A stretch of 64,000 nucleotides of DNA from Malacoraja senta (Eukaryota): NCBI GenBank assembly GCA_038087875.1, contig CM075996.1:3350001-3414000 (forward strand), in the 5' to 3' direction. Shown here one piece after another: positions 50,950 to 64,000 of the stretch. Below the pieces are notes generated by a model that saw only the letters and a list, made by a program, of their open reading frames with translations, had not been told where the DNA came from and did not search any database. How positions within the stretch are numbered: the first letter of the stretch is position 1; the number at the start of each line of letters is the position of its first letter. The translations under genes and the position numbers were made by a program.

Positions 50950-52542
50950 TAAAGGGGGTTACTATTGTTGTAATAAATAAAACCATTAACTGATTACATT
51001 AATGTTGTGGTTATGCATTGTTGATTGCTTTTACTCATTTAGAGTCAATCAATGCAGTGAGCGCCTGGATTTGAATCTACGGCGTGAAATCACAGAGCTT
51101 TGAAATCTTCACGTAGTCACTCACGTGACTCCGAAGTTAAATAGTAAGATTAAACGAGAACTTACCAGTTTGAAGTTTGATCATTATTTTATGAGGAGTT
51201 GCGTTGAGGGACTACGTGCCCTCCGCTCCCACCCTTATAAAGATCAAGCTGGTAGTTCTAGTCTTTACGTATCTTACTATCATACTTCAGTAATTGTTGT
51301 CTGTGATTTCATTCCGCTGCTTTGAAGATTGACGCGTGTGTGGTCTGGACGGGTTCTTCACGTAGTCCCTCAACGTAACTCCTCATAAAATAAAGATCAA
51401 ACTTCAAACTGGTAAGTTCTCGTTTAATCTTACTATTAACCTGTAACTTATTTTCCATTGCCTATCCCAGCTACACAGAAGAATTGAAGGTCTGTCTTAT
51501 GCTATCTGGGTTACACTCTCGGGGGCCAAAAGAACCTCATTGCCTAAACCCTCCCTAAATAACAGCTCTCTGGCCAGGTTTTTGACCTACACCAAATCCT
51601 CTGGTTAAAATCCATTTTTTCAAAATCTGATTACATTCTTTTGAAGCACCTTAAGATTTCCTTACAATATTTAAAGGGTTTATACAAATGCTTTCACAAC
51701 ACCTTCACAATTATTTCATTTTTCACACTATTTTTTAAATCCTCATTTATGCTACAGGGTTTTTTTCATGTCCATGTCCATTATCAATACAGTCATAATT
51801 TGGTATTACATGTAAATGTTTTGAACCCTTCAAAAGGAAGACTCTACATATTATACACACATTTTTACACATTGGGCAAGTAGCAAGTTCTTTTTGTTGA
51901 ACTTCAGCAACAAGCTTGAAGGCAAGAGTTTATAACAATCTCTGTCCTAACAATCTATACCATCACGACACAAAACCATGAATTTCCCACGTTTATACCG
52001 TTACAGACAAATTATGATGAGTCACACCCATTAGGAGAAAGAACAAAAATCATACTTTAAAAAAATATACAGGTCAATCACTGATTTTCTGGAAACTGGT
52101 GGTCCACCCCAGAAGTAGTCCCGGAAATGTGGCCCCTAAGCCGGGTGAGCAGATCGATCTCTACCTCATCGGGACTGCCACATCGTTCAGTGGGTCAAAT
52201 TTGCCCCCTGCTGCCAGTATTCTGGAACTCCAGCCTGGTTAGAGCAGGCAGATCCACCCCCATAGCCGACTTCCACAGCTGATCAGCTGGTTGTATTTAT
52301 CCCCTGCAGCTCTGGAACTGCAGCCTGGTCGGAGCCGGAAAATCCATTCCCATAAGTGACGCTGCAGGCCGATATCTGCACCCCTTCGCAGCCTAGACGG
52401 ACCATTCTGGTTCTGTTGGACTCCTTTCAGGGGACCTCTTTTGGTTCAGCAAAACAGATAATCCAGAAAGGCTCTGGAACCAAGGGTGCCGGAAAAATCA
52501 GTGGTCGACCTGTATACACATTGAGCAAGTGGTAAGTAGTAA

Positions 52543-52777
52543 AAGTGTCCAACTTGGCAATTTTTTTGTCGACTGCCGGCATCATTGACTGGCATATCAG
52601 GTCACCGAAAAATTTGCGGCGTGATGCGGCCGTGACGACGTATGACGCGCAGTGTTTATTTAAGTGTCGCAACATTTTTTTTGGTGCCGCTGGATTTTGA
52701 AATGTTCAAAATCTTTTGACGACATTGATATGACACCGGCAGTCGCCGAAAAAAAATCGGCAAGTGGGACAGGCTCT
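52543..52777. mobile_element. Degenerate Harbinger-type MITE
   Basis: gtgtccaacttggcaatttttttgtcgactgccggc ... gccggcagtcgccgaaaaaaaatcggcaagtgggacaggc inverted ends. Confidence 0.6.
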
Positions 52778-52873
52778 AGATGAAAGTGTAACTAGCCTCT
52801 TAAAACTTCAAACTGCACCCAAAATTTATTGAGCAAGACGGCACAAGATAATAATGACAATAATAGGTCATAC

Positions 52874-53975
52874 CTGGAGTATCATTTTTTGGTACCAGCT
52901 CTTCACTTTCTCTTTGCACCTCAATTACTGGCTCATCCTCATCTGATAAGACAAGAAATGCCTCTTCCGGCAAGCTGCCATTACATTCCTCTTTTGTTGG
53001 AGAACTATTGAGAAAAGTGTCCATTTGTTCTTCTTGCAGTGAAATGTCCTTTGGTGTTGGGGATTCCACTTCAGGAACAACTTCTTGCTTGTTGGATAAT
53101 TCTCTGTCCTTCTCTGGGGCCAATTTCTCTAAAATAGGAATTATTTCTTCGATTTCCAGTATGCAATTCCCAAATGATCTGCACTCACCTGTTGTGTCTT
53201 TTGCTGCATTTTCATTCTCGGTCTCTGCACACTCCATCTTAGAGCTTTCACAATCATTTTTCTCCTGTACAGATTCTATGCTACTTGATATTGCCTCTTC
53301 ACTGATATCCATTGAACTTTCATGGTCTTCCTTTTCTCTCACAGAGGAAGAAGGAGACTTTAACTTAAGGCTATTTTCATCTGGTACATCATCGTGATCC
53401 CTGTTTTCGTCCATAGAAGGTGGTTTCCCTTCTTCTAAAAGGCTCTGGGGTTCAGTACATGATTTAACTGCAATTAGAGAATCCTCCTTCAACACAACAA
53501 TCTCTGAATTCACTGCAACATCTCCTGTGCCCTCATTATCCATCAAATCTTGGTTTTCTGCATTCTCAGTAGACGTTTGTTCAACTTCAGCAGCCGGGGG
53601 GGTTGAGTCATTTTTTTCATCTTGGGGTCTCAAATCCTTATCATCATTTGGACATTTTTCAGCAGGACTCAGTTCAGGTGTTTGTGCAACACCAAGTTCA
53701 TCAATGGAGTTGCCCTGTAGTTCTTCTGGACCCAGCCTCACATCATTAATGTTATCAATGTCTGTATCATCCATACAGTTGGTATTTAGAGATATTTTGC
53801 TGTCAGAATCTCCATTTTCATGTCTACCATTACACAATTTCGTTTTGTTTTCGTCATTTGATTTTAAAAGCTCCTCTTTGCTTTTATAGACGACTTCTAA
53901 CTGCTGACGGTCACTTGTCCGCATGGTTTTTCTGGCCTTGAAAACTTTTCTTGGAAGCTCTTCACTGGTATCCAT
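52874..53975 (-). CDS. ATF7IP: ATF7IP (MCAF1) first coding exon, acidic N-terminal region
   Basis: MDTSEELPRKVFKARKTMRTSDRQQLEVVYK matches the vertebrate ATF7IP N-terminus; EEAFLVLSDEDE motif; acceptor ttccttctcag| before 53985, ATG at 53975, donor CCAG|gtatga (phase 1). Confidence 0.95.
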
Positions 53976-56900
53976 CTCAGAATGCCTGAGAAGGAAAGAA
54001 GAAACTGTCAGCTGTGACATGTTGACTCAACCAGCCAGACTATAAAGTCAGTGACTGCTGAGTATTTGGTAACTTTTGGGTATAAGGAAATATTTCCAGG
54101 TGATTTATACTTATAATAACTTTCCCATGCAATTTTTTAAATATATGCAATAAATTTAGTTGAGCTACTTTTGAATATATTAAACATTTGCCTAATTAAC
54201 TACAGTAAAATGAATAAATTATAATATACCAATTCAGAGCCTATTATGTACAATGTTAATCTAAAAGCTATAGACCATTGTCATGAAATATTGTTTTCTT
54301 TCCACTATGCTACTCAACATTGAACATTTCTAGCATTTTCTTTATTTACGTTAAAAAATTGACAAACGTTGACCAAAATTATGCCGTCAATCATAATAAT
54401 ACTTTATTAGCCAAGTATGTTTTGCAACATATGAGGAATTTCATTTGCCATACAGTTATACTAATAAAAAACAGAACGCACAAAATACATTTTAATATAA
54501 ACATCCACCAGTGACTCCTCCACATGGGATGGAAGGCCAAAATAAGTTAAATCTCTTCCCTTCTTTGTTGGGGGGCCTCGAGCCTTCCGTTGACAGGACG
54601 ATCTTGGCTCCATAGCTGATCAACCCTGTGGCACACCACTAGTCACAGGCCTCCATTCTGAGAAGCAACCTTCCATCATCAACCTCTGCTACCTTCCATG
54701 GAGCCAATTTGCTATCCATTTAGCTATCTCTCCTTGGATCCCAGGATTCTAACCTTCCAGAGCAGCCTGCCACATGGCATCTTGTCGAACGCCTTACTAA
54801 AGTCCATGTACACAATATCTACAGCTCTGCCTTCATCAACCTTTTTGCTCACATCTTCAAAAACTATTTCACTTGGTCATTTATGAAATCAGAAACAGCA
54901 ATGGTCCCAAAAGCCAGTTGTGAAGTTTTTATTTTCAGTTTCTTGTAGACACAAGGGGTTTACCTGGAGTTAGTAACATTTCATGCAGAACTTCATTAGA
55001 CCCCTTTTGATAGTCTAGGCACAATGTCACAGGATTTCCCATAAACCACTGTAGGTATCAGCTTCTCAGACACTGAGAAGAGGATTACCTTCTTTGAAAT
55101 TTATGCTGCTGCTGTGTACAATAATTGGTTATTTCTCTCAGGAAGGTTTACCCAAACTAGATCAAAAATCTAGGAAGCAAAATTAGCCGATTAAATCACT
55201 GTACACCAACAGGGAGCAGCAACAAGATATTAAAATTGTAGATAATTAGTATGCCAAGTTTTGCTTCTCTAATTTTTGGACAAAAAGGCAACACCACTCC
55301 AGATGTTTAATACAACAGCTACAAAGAGACTCAAGCTGCGTTCTTTTTTTTGACAATCCCAAATTTGTCAGTCTATTTACCAAACCTATTCTATTCCGAT
55401 AACACGGATTATCTGATAAATCAACAAAGAATCTCTTTCACGATCTACTAAGCATTTTAATGGATTTTTAAAACTCCTATAACCCAGATGAGAGAATGCT
55501 GGCTATCACAAAGAGATGACATGTATAATCAAAAGTGTATTTAAGTTTTACCAAAGTTCAATTGTCTTTTCAAAAAGTTCACTTGGGCAACGGTTCCTGT
55601 TTCACAAATCACCAGACGTATAATCCAAACTGAAAGCCTTGAGAGCTTTTTAATTTGCTGTTAATTAAACAGACACTAAAAACATACATTTTTAATCTAG
55701 ACTGAGATATTGACCCCTAAAATTATATTTTCTCTCAATCAGAAAAGTTTAGAATGTATTAATGGGAAGTGGTATATCCTAATTATACATTTTAAATGTG
55801 GACCAAGGAGATGGGAAATAATGTTATGAAAGAAGGTAGAACACAGAGGCTCCTCGTGTGCCAATCTCGTGATCCATGGCTCTCCTTTCTCATGCTATAA
55901 TGGCAGAAATCATAGTGAATCTGGTAAATTTATTTTGTCGTGGTCACCAGTTGTGCGAGATCTGGACATCAGAAAAAAATGCTGCAAAATGGCAGTTCAT
56001 CCCAATGTAAAAAGTAAAAATAGCCAATGATGTTGCTACAGATTTTAAATGGATTTTTAAAACAATGTTTGCAGTCTCTTTGTATGCTGGACAAATTTTA
56101 AATAAAATCACTGATCAATTTCACCATTTTGCAACAAGCAAAATTCAAAAAGGGGTTTTAATTTGAATGATTTCTCAAAGAGGTGTATTTCCATTAGGAA
56201 AATACCGACTCCTCAGTTTAAATGCCATGATTTAGGATCAAATAATTAGTTGTATCAAATAAATGTCTAGATTTCTTCCCTTAATCCCCACAACTCACTT
56301 AACAATTTCAGACTGATAAATTCACAAATTGCTCAACATTGAATTTGATGGCTGGTCACTCCAAGACCTCATTAGTCACTTAATTCATGCCTGAACTGCC
56401 CTGGATTAAATTTTTCTTCTATTCCTACAATAAACTTTGTACACTTGAACTGCTCAACATCCTACAAACAACTTAATCCCTCCTCTAGTCTCTCATGAGA
56501 AAAAAGATGGATGGAATTCCATCCACTTTATTTCTCACGGGCACAATGCATTCAGTGTTCAGTTTTGGATCAATTTTTTCCCCCAACAGCTGAAACAGTC
56601 AAATAAATTGCTAATAAACTTTTAAAATAAAATAATTTTGAATAACTGAGCAAAATAATGTACAACGTATGGAGCTGCTTTAGAGTTCAGCAGAGGCCTT
56701 TCTTGACTGAAATCCCATTTAACACATGGAACCTCACTTATGTTATACTAAAATTGTTGCTTTCTGGGTATATTATTATCTTGCTGAGAGAGCGTAGATA
56801 AGGGATTGTGGTAGGAGAGTGAATATTTGATTTCAACATTAAAGTGATCCCAAAATTCAGCGGAGCCACATAAGCTGCAATTCGGGGATGAAAAGAAAAT

Positions 56901-58857
56901 TCACAATAGGGCTTAGCTATTAAAAGGAAACTAGAATATATGCTGTGAAAACTACAACCAAATTCTATTTTGAAAATCAGGTCATTTCCCTTTAAAAGTG
57001 TGCACAAACCCTGTAGTCATTACATTCTTTTAAGATCCACCCCTCATTATGACAGCAGAGGGCACTCTTGCTCACCCTTTAATAAACAGTTATTTAGCAA
57101 AGAGAATGCAAGCAAGAGTGTGGAGCCAATTTCATTTTTCAAAATAGCTGGGAACATTTTAGGTAGGCAATAATCATGTTTCAATGCATATTTGGCTTGT
57201 TGAATTCAATAAACAAATCACCTCCTTGCAACAACACATACTTTTAAAATGTAACAGAACTGCTTATTTCAAATAAACATCCCTACACTTGTTTTACGCT
57301 GTCAATTCTACTAAGATAACTCATCCAATCAGCATGTTAAAACCTTTTAAAAAGTACATTTTCATCCATTGAAAGCCATATTATAAAATGTGCTTGTCTA
57401 TTCTATTTGGTAGACTACAATCTCAAATCTTTTTTGGTAATGAGTGGTGCAACAATGCAGGACTTGCAACAGCTCTTTCAAGATGAGTGCCATAGCATTA
57501 GTGACTGCCACCTTTTTGAAACCTTAAATATTGAACTAATGCTGTATCAATAGAAGTATTGTCTTGTTAAGTAGATAATATGGACACTCATTTGCATTTG
57601 CTTGGTACTTGAGCAAACAGAATTCAAACTCCATTTTGTCCTTGCAGAGATCCAATGACATCCTCCATCAGTCATTTCCATAACATTAACATTCCTTTCA
57701 TGCAGGTCTTGTTGCACTGAAAACAAATATTACCTTAGCTTTGAACTAGTTGCCACATGTATTCTGTCATCCTGACCTTGTGATTAGGAGAGGGAATGGA
57801 AACATTTAGCAGTGATCGTCCAATTTCCCATAAGCACAGGTGTGGCCTTTCCACGGTAGACAAGATCTATCGTCTGGCCTGTTTACAGTAATAATGCAGC
57901 AATCAACAGCAATACATGCAATTTACCTTGTCGCCCAACAGCAAAATATCAGGGGTTTTGGAAATTTAATCTGTGTTTTCATGTAAATTCACTGTAGAGA
58001 ATTTTAATGGACGGAGATGCGTGGAAGAATTTCCACTTGGCTTGGATTGAAATCTATGTTGTTAGATCAAATTTACATACCATTTTATTTTTTCGGTTTT
58101 AGATTACAAAATTCAGACAAAATAAGATTCTTCATTCACTGGTTACTGATCAAATGCTCAAAGTATAAAGTTAATGCAACGCATTTGAATCAGTTCTTTT
58201 TTAAAACCTGCGTCACTCAGTAAATAACGAATCAGGAAGCCTAATTAAAGTGGAACAATAGTTTTGAAAATCCCCCCACCTGTTTGCAGAAGAGGGATAA
58301 CTCCAGGGACATTGGCTGCATGTAATCATGCTGCTAATCTCCCACGAGATTTATCAAATGATCACATTGTTTTCGCAGTTTGCAACATTGTTCCGCCTAT
58401 TCAATATTAATGAAAAATGCAACCAACATTTGATTCCAATCCAATCTGATTTGCCCATCCCATAAAGCACCATGAGTGCTCCACTTTCAGAGCTGCAGCT
58501 GCACTGAAACATGGTTCAATGGATAAACAATTGCTGTCCCAATCCTTTGTTGCACTTGATAATTAACTGTTAATTATTCAAAAGAGACACAAAAAGCTGG
58601 AGTAACTCAGCGTCTTTGGAGAAAAGGAATAGGTGACGTTTCGGGTCGAGACTTCTTCAGACAACTTGTCCAATGTAACCAAACACGGCTTTATTTTTAA
58701 GCTTGGAAAATTATGGTATGTCAAGAATTCCTGATTGTGTAAATAATCTTTCAAATAAACCTGCAAAAAAAAATTGTCATTAATTATTTTTTTTTAATTT
58801 CTGCAATACAGAAAACAAGTGTAAAAATATACTGGACATACCCATGAGGCAGCCCTT

Positions 58858-59110
58858 GCAGCCATTTTGTAACCCAGTCTCAGCAACGGCAGAAAAAAGA
58901 CCTCACCTTCCTTGAAGTCAGAGCACTGGGAGGGGAGTGGGGGATGGGCGATGGGGGGGAGGGTGAAATAGCTTCAGCCCGATAGGCCTGTATAATCAGA
59001 TCCAGAACTACCAATAAAGAGCTGCTCAGAGCAGCTGAGCAATCGGCAGCCAGCACTGTAAATTCCGCCCGGCAACAGATGGGGGGAGGGGGGGCAAGGG
59101 AGGTGATTGT
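58858..59110 (-). promoter_or_regulatory. Candidate ATF7IP promoter: GC box, CCAAT, G/C tracts, YY1-like site
   Basis: GGGCGG on the minus strand near 59066-59071; CCAAT near 59011-59015; CAAAATGGCTGC (YY1-like) on the minus strand at 58858-58869, just inside the putative first intron. Confidence 0.45.
58907..59010 (-). other. ATF7IP: Probable non-coding first exon of ATF7IP (5' boundary uncertain)
   Basis: Strong donor GAAG|gtgagg at 58907/58906 in a locally GC-rich, non-repeat patch upstream of the first coding exon. Confidence 0.45.
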
Positions 59111-59891
59111 ATGGCAATAATTGAAAGGAGTGGGGAAAAGCAGATAGCTGAAAAGTAAAGGCAATTATCAGAAGACAATGGGCTTCTGTAAATTATGTAA
59201 ATTGACTCCTTTAAATATACACAAATGAGGATGATAAAAAAAAACACCTTCCTGTCCTCTTAAAAGGTTTACATGAATGCGCTTTTGTCCACTGCAGTAG
59301 AAAATGCTTCATTAATCAATTATCTTTATGCGGGGAAGAACTGCATGTCTATGCATGGGTACTCTTACTGTATGCGACAACTCTCTTAAAATCTGCCCAC
59401 AAGTAACAGCTTTAGGGTCTTTAAACATGACACAAGGCAGACCGTATTTGCAGAGGCTGCAGCTGATATCGCATCAGGGTTACACAGTATCATCGTGATT
59501 ATACAGCTGAATGAATGCAGGATGCAATTCAAAACACATCTGCCTCAAATACACAGCCTCTTCTCATTGCCACCCACAAATACATTAAAGATTATATTCT
59601 ATATTCGTGCATGGGGCTGGAAAGAGAAAAAGAGGGTAGCATCATGGTTATGGAATGTTTAACAAATTAATTTATGATAATATAACAACCACCCGTCACC
59701 CTCCTTCAAAATAAAAGAGAGTCAAAATCAGAACAATTTTTAAAAGGCATTCACTCTTTATATGGGTGCTTCAAGTCACTCAATATGCAGCTATCAAAAG
59801 GTGATAAGCATTCTTCTGCACATAAAGACAAAGTTAATGAATTGGTCATTCCCGACATTAAAAATTCCTGAAAAAATGGTTACTAAATTAA

Positions 59892-60186
59892 AGGGCCTAT
59901 CCCACTAAACGAGTTTACCCAGAGCTCTCCCGAGTTAAAAAAAAAAATCAAACTCGTGGTAAGTACGTAGAATGTACGTAGCAGGTATGTCGGAGCTCGG
60001 GACGTCTCTTAGCGGCTCGAAACGCTAACGGCAGGTACTCGGGAAACGCGGTAAGCTCGTGAATTTTTTTCAACATGTTGAAAAATGTCCACGAGAACCG
60101 CGAGTACCTACGAGCGGCTATTACCGTAATTCTCAGAGGAAACTTGGGAGAACTCTTGAATTACTTCGTACAGTGGGACAGGCCCT
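59892..60186. mobile_element. PIF/Harbinger-type MITE with a different interior
   Basis: AGGGCCTATCCCACT...AGTGGGACAGGCCCT termini; TAA TSD. Confidence 0.82.
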
Positions 60187-60539
60187 TAAGTGAGTGTGCT
60201 TGTTATAAATCTCGTGGCATTTGTTTGTTTTTTTGCAGTATCAAGGAAAGGCAGGCTGTTCTGAAAACATTAGCCAATATTTATGGAAACTATCTAATTA
60301 ACTAGTAACCACAAGATGCTGAAATAGCGTGATAGACAACATCCCTGGAGAAAAGGAACAGGTAGCGTTTTGGGTCAAGACCCTTCTTCAGACTATCTTA
60401 GGTGTAAACTAGCATCTGCAGTTCCTTCTTACTAATTAACTAGATACGCAAAAGTATTAAAATATCAGGCAGCCAAAAAACAAAATCAAATAGCGCACTC
60501 TGATTTTTAAAAATAATTTCTGGACAAAGTGCACTGAAA

Positions 60540-62290
60540 TTCAGATTGAAATTAGTTTGTCATACATATCAAGGTGCAATTAAATTGCTTGTTCACACTA
60601 AGCTCACAGAGTAAACAGTAAATGTATTGTTGATACATACAACAAATACAATGACGAATGCAAAAGGGCAGAAGGGTGCAAATGCTGTAATGCAAATTCA
60701 AGATTAATGTCCAGTAACAAATGAGATAGTTAGGAAAAAGAGGACATGGCAGCACCTCTGGAAAAGGGGTGTGAAAGGTGATTGGTTCACAAGTCTGAGC
60801 GCAGTGGGGAATAACCAATTTTTAAGACTGGACCTCCAAATATTCAATGTCCCGTATCTTCTCCTGGAGGTAGAAAAGAAAATGGAATGGCCAAGTGGCC
60901 AACACATTTGTCGATGCTTCCAGCCTTCCTGATGCAGTGCACCCTGAAGATGGATTAGGTAGAAGGGAGTGACGAGCCTGTGATGGCCTGGGCTGTGTTC
61001 ACCACTCACTTCAGGTTCAGGTGGTCAAGAGCAGAGCAGTTGCCATACCAGGCTGCGATGTATCCTGTCTGAATACTAATCCTCACAGACGTGCTGAATC
61101 GTCTCAGACGCCCAAGAAAGTAAATATGCTGAGGCACTTTTTAGATCTAGAAACTTCCAAGTTCCTATGCATCCAAGTAACTTTGCCCCTTAACACCATG
61201 CAATGATCTAGAAAATTGCCCAACTCTATAGCAGCTTTGTTGATGAGGACACGGTTGAGGACAAGGCAGGAACGGGATACTGACTGGGGATGATCAGCCA
61301 TGATCACATTGAATGGCAGTGCTGGTTCAAAGGGCCGAATGGCCTACTCCTGCACCTATTGTCTATTGTCATCCGCTTCCTTAGGTCAGCACCCAATTCT
61401 TTTGTCTTGCTGATGTTATTAAGGGCTAGGTCGTTGTCCTGACATCATTCTGCACGCATCCATGCTACCATGATACAAGGCTACCGATTAATCCAGCTGA
61501 CAACAGCGGCATCATCAGCAAACTTAAAAATCAAGTTGGCTTTATACTTGGCCACACAGTCATGGATGTCGAAGGGAGTAGAGTCAGGGGCCAAGCACAT
61601 TCTTGAGGGGGACCAGTGTTGAGGGTTAGGATGGAGGAAATGTTATGGCTAGTTCTAATCAACAGAGGTCCGCTGGTCAGAAAAACCAAAAATCAATTGC
61701 TGATCGTGGCTACAAGGCATTGGTCCAGAAGTTTAAGGAGGATGTTATTCCGTGTTGTGGTGTTGAAGTCCAAGCTGTATTCAATGAATAGCATCCTGAC
61801 ATGGTGTTTGTATTGTCCAGGTGATCCAGGGCTGAATGTAGAGCAAGAGAGATGACTGGCTCAGAAGTAGGCTATTACAATTCATTCAAAGCAATTACAT
61901 GTTGATGCTAAAAGTACTGAGTAGTAATTATTGAGAGTTTGTGAACTTGGAATATTGGAGTTTCCTTGAAGCAGATGGGGTCAGCAGACAGTTTAAAAGC
62001 AAAGTTGAAGATATTGACTAAGACTGTGGCCAGTTGATCGGCACACAATTTCAGAAATGTCCAGTTACTCCATCCAGGCCAGCCTCCTTCCAAGAGTTTA
62101 CCCTCACGAAAGCAGATATGCCACCAAGATATATGGGACTGAGCCAGCAGATGACGAGGGTACACGTTTAAATGGAGCTTTGATTGCCTGCTCAAAGTCA
62201 GACATATAAGCTCTTCGAGTAGAGATGCATCTTTGTCAAACTGACTCGACTTTGGCTTGTAGCACATGATAGTGTTCAGTCCCAGTCAGA
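60540..62290 (-). mobile_element. Degraded Rex1/Babar-like LINE fragments
   Basis: LKLCADQLATVLVNIFN...PICFKETPI; a KFADD-type RT motif near 61510-61525; many stops. Confidence 0.6.
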
Positions 62291-62949
62291 ATCACTTGGC
62301 ATCCACTAGATTAAGTAGAGCTTCTAGCTTATTTTGGAAGTCTCTCTTGGCACCCTGACAGCCTTGTGCATCTATTCTCAAATTGATGATAAATAACTAC
62401 TTATGTACCTATTTAGGTTAATATCCAGTTATCAAGGCCTCACTATTCTCGACCTGGCTCCATTAATTCTTTATAATCCTCTTTCATAACCATTCAGGTA
62501 GTGACATCAAACATAAGATTAATCAATCTAAATGTGAACCCATTCATAGGTACACTGAGAGAAGCTGCAGAATGTATTCAGCAGTTGAGATTTAAGGTTG
62601 GTGGGTCCTCAAATGCAGACTACGTTTCAATACAGCTAACCTGTTTCAGTGCACAAACAGGCAAGTCATAAAGGCATAGAAAATGATTTGTTTACCGCAA
62701 ATTAGGAAGCTTCAACCCGACACCAGCTAGCGATACAAAATCAGTAACTGAAATCTGTTGAGAATGAATTTCTTAATCAAGTAATGAGATGTTCAAGTAA
62801 ATGTTCAAGATGGCTAATGCAGTTTTAAGCCATCTAACTGCATTAGTGATCTTAAGATCACCTGATGGGCCCAACCGACTCAGCAAGTGGAGGCACGGGA
62901 TAGACTTCCTTTGAGCAAGAAAACTTGGATACTGGGAAAGACTTCAGGT

Positions 62950-64000
62950 AAGACTGAAGTGTCAGGGTATGCAATGTCCTTCTCCCTAGCATCCTTCTGG
63001 TCAATGTTCAGTCACTGGAGAAAACAAGGTAGAAGACCTGAGAGCAAGATTGCTGTATTGGAGTCATACGAGGGACTGCTGTGTACTCCGTTTCGCAGAG
63101 AAATAGCTCACCCCCAACTCTACAGACACTCCGGATTTTCTTATCCACCACATGGGCTGGATGATGGCACCTTTTAAAGGAAGAGGCGGTGGCGTCTGCT
63201 TCATAATAAATCCGTCACTATGTTCGGAAATGGCAGTCATAACACATTCCTGTTCCCTTGCCCTGGAACAACTGATTGTAACGACTAATCTACCTACCAA
63301 GTTCTCATCTGTCATACCAACTGACAGTTTACATCCCGTCTCATCAGACATCACGCCAGCACTTGAGGAATTGAGTGCCATGATCAACAAGCATTAAATG
63401 GTGTATCCAGGTGCCTTTCAAGCCATTGCTGGGAGACGACAACCAGGCTACCTGCCAAACCAACAACACCAGCAGACCCAACACACGACACACTGCCACA
63501 CCACCATTAGAAACGTCTTTCGCTCCATTCATTGCCTTCACTGAGGAAAATCTCAGACCTGTTCATGCTTCTTCCTGCCTCGACAGAGATTGAAGAGCGT
63601 GGCATGGGGCTAAGAGGACGAAGTGCTTGTCAGGGGAGACAGAGAAGTAGCTGGGGACTGCTTTGAGTCTGTAGATTGGGCCACATTCAAGGATTCATCA
63701 ACGGACCTGAATGAATATGTCACAATTGTCACCCAACATCATAAAGAAATTTTTAGACAAAAATATTCCCAGTCATCCCCAACCAGAAGCCAATCAAGAA
63801 ACTCAATCTGCTGAGGGCTAGACTTGTGGCATTTAAGGCTGGTGATCCATTTTTAGGCAAGTCCAGGTATGACTTCCTGAAAGCAACCAAGGGACTATTT
63901 CATGCTAAGCTGGAGACACAGACGCACGCTGGCAGCAGTGACAGGGATTTTATGCCATTGCCTCATACAAGGCAAAACCACACTGCAGAAGTGACAGTGA
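62950..64000 (+). mobile_element. Degraded Rex1/Babar-like LINE endonuclease region
   Basis: RGGGVCFIIN, ALEELSAMINKH and DCFESVDWATFKDS motifs; disrupted. Confidence 0.6.

Larger units (their letters stand above)
46387..51437 (+). mobile_element. Full-length DIRS1-type tyrosine-recombinase retrotransposon with decayed ORFs, antisense to ATF7IP
   Basis: Left TR 46387-46447 is partly inverted relative to right TR 51330-51437; internal complementary region 51107-51218; gag, RT, RNase H, methyltransferase-like and YR domains in order. Confidence 0.95.

Overview
AT-rich vertebrate genomic DNA, probably a cartilaginous fish such as a skate (inferred from the repeat repertoire). The window holds most of ATF7IP/MCAF1 (SETDB1 cofactor) on the minus strand: a likely non-coding first exon near 58.9 kb and nine phase-consistent coding exons from 53975 down to 15721; the SIM and FN3 exons were not found and probably lie left of the window. 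About 1.2 kb past the last exon, on the same strand, is an intact 417-aa Crypton-type tyrosine-recombinase/DUF3504 ORF (13131-14384). It has an open upstream frame, an in-frame splice acceptor and a poly(A) signal, so it may be a domesticated alternative terminal exon fused to ATF7IP. Its first catalytic Arg appears replaced by His. The introns also contain a degraded second Crypton, a full-length decayed DIRS1 retrotransposon, a non-autonomous tRNA-Trp-primed LTR element, Penelope-like elements with hammerhead-like motifs, Harbinger MITEs, and LINE, SINE and Tc1 fragments. Family calls come from motif recognition by eye, not database searches.
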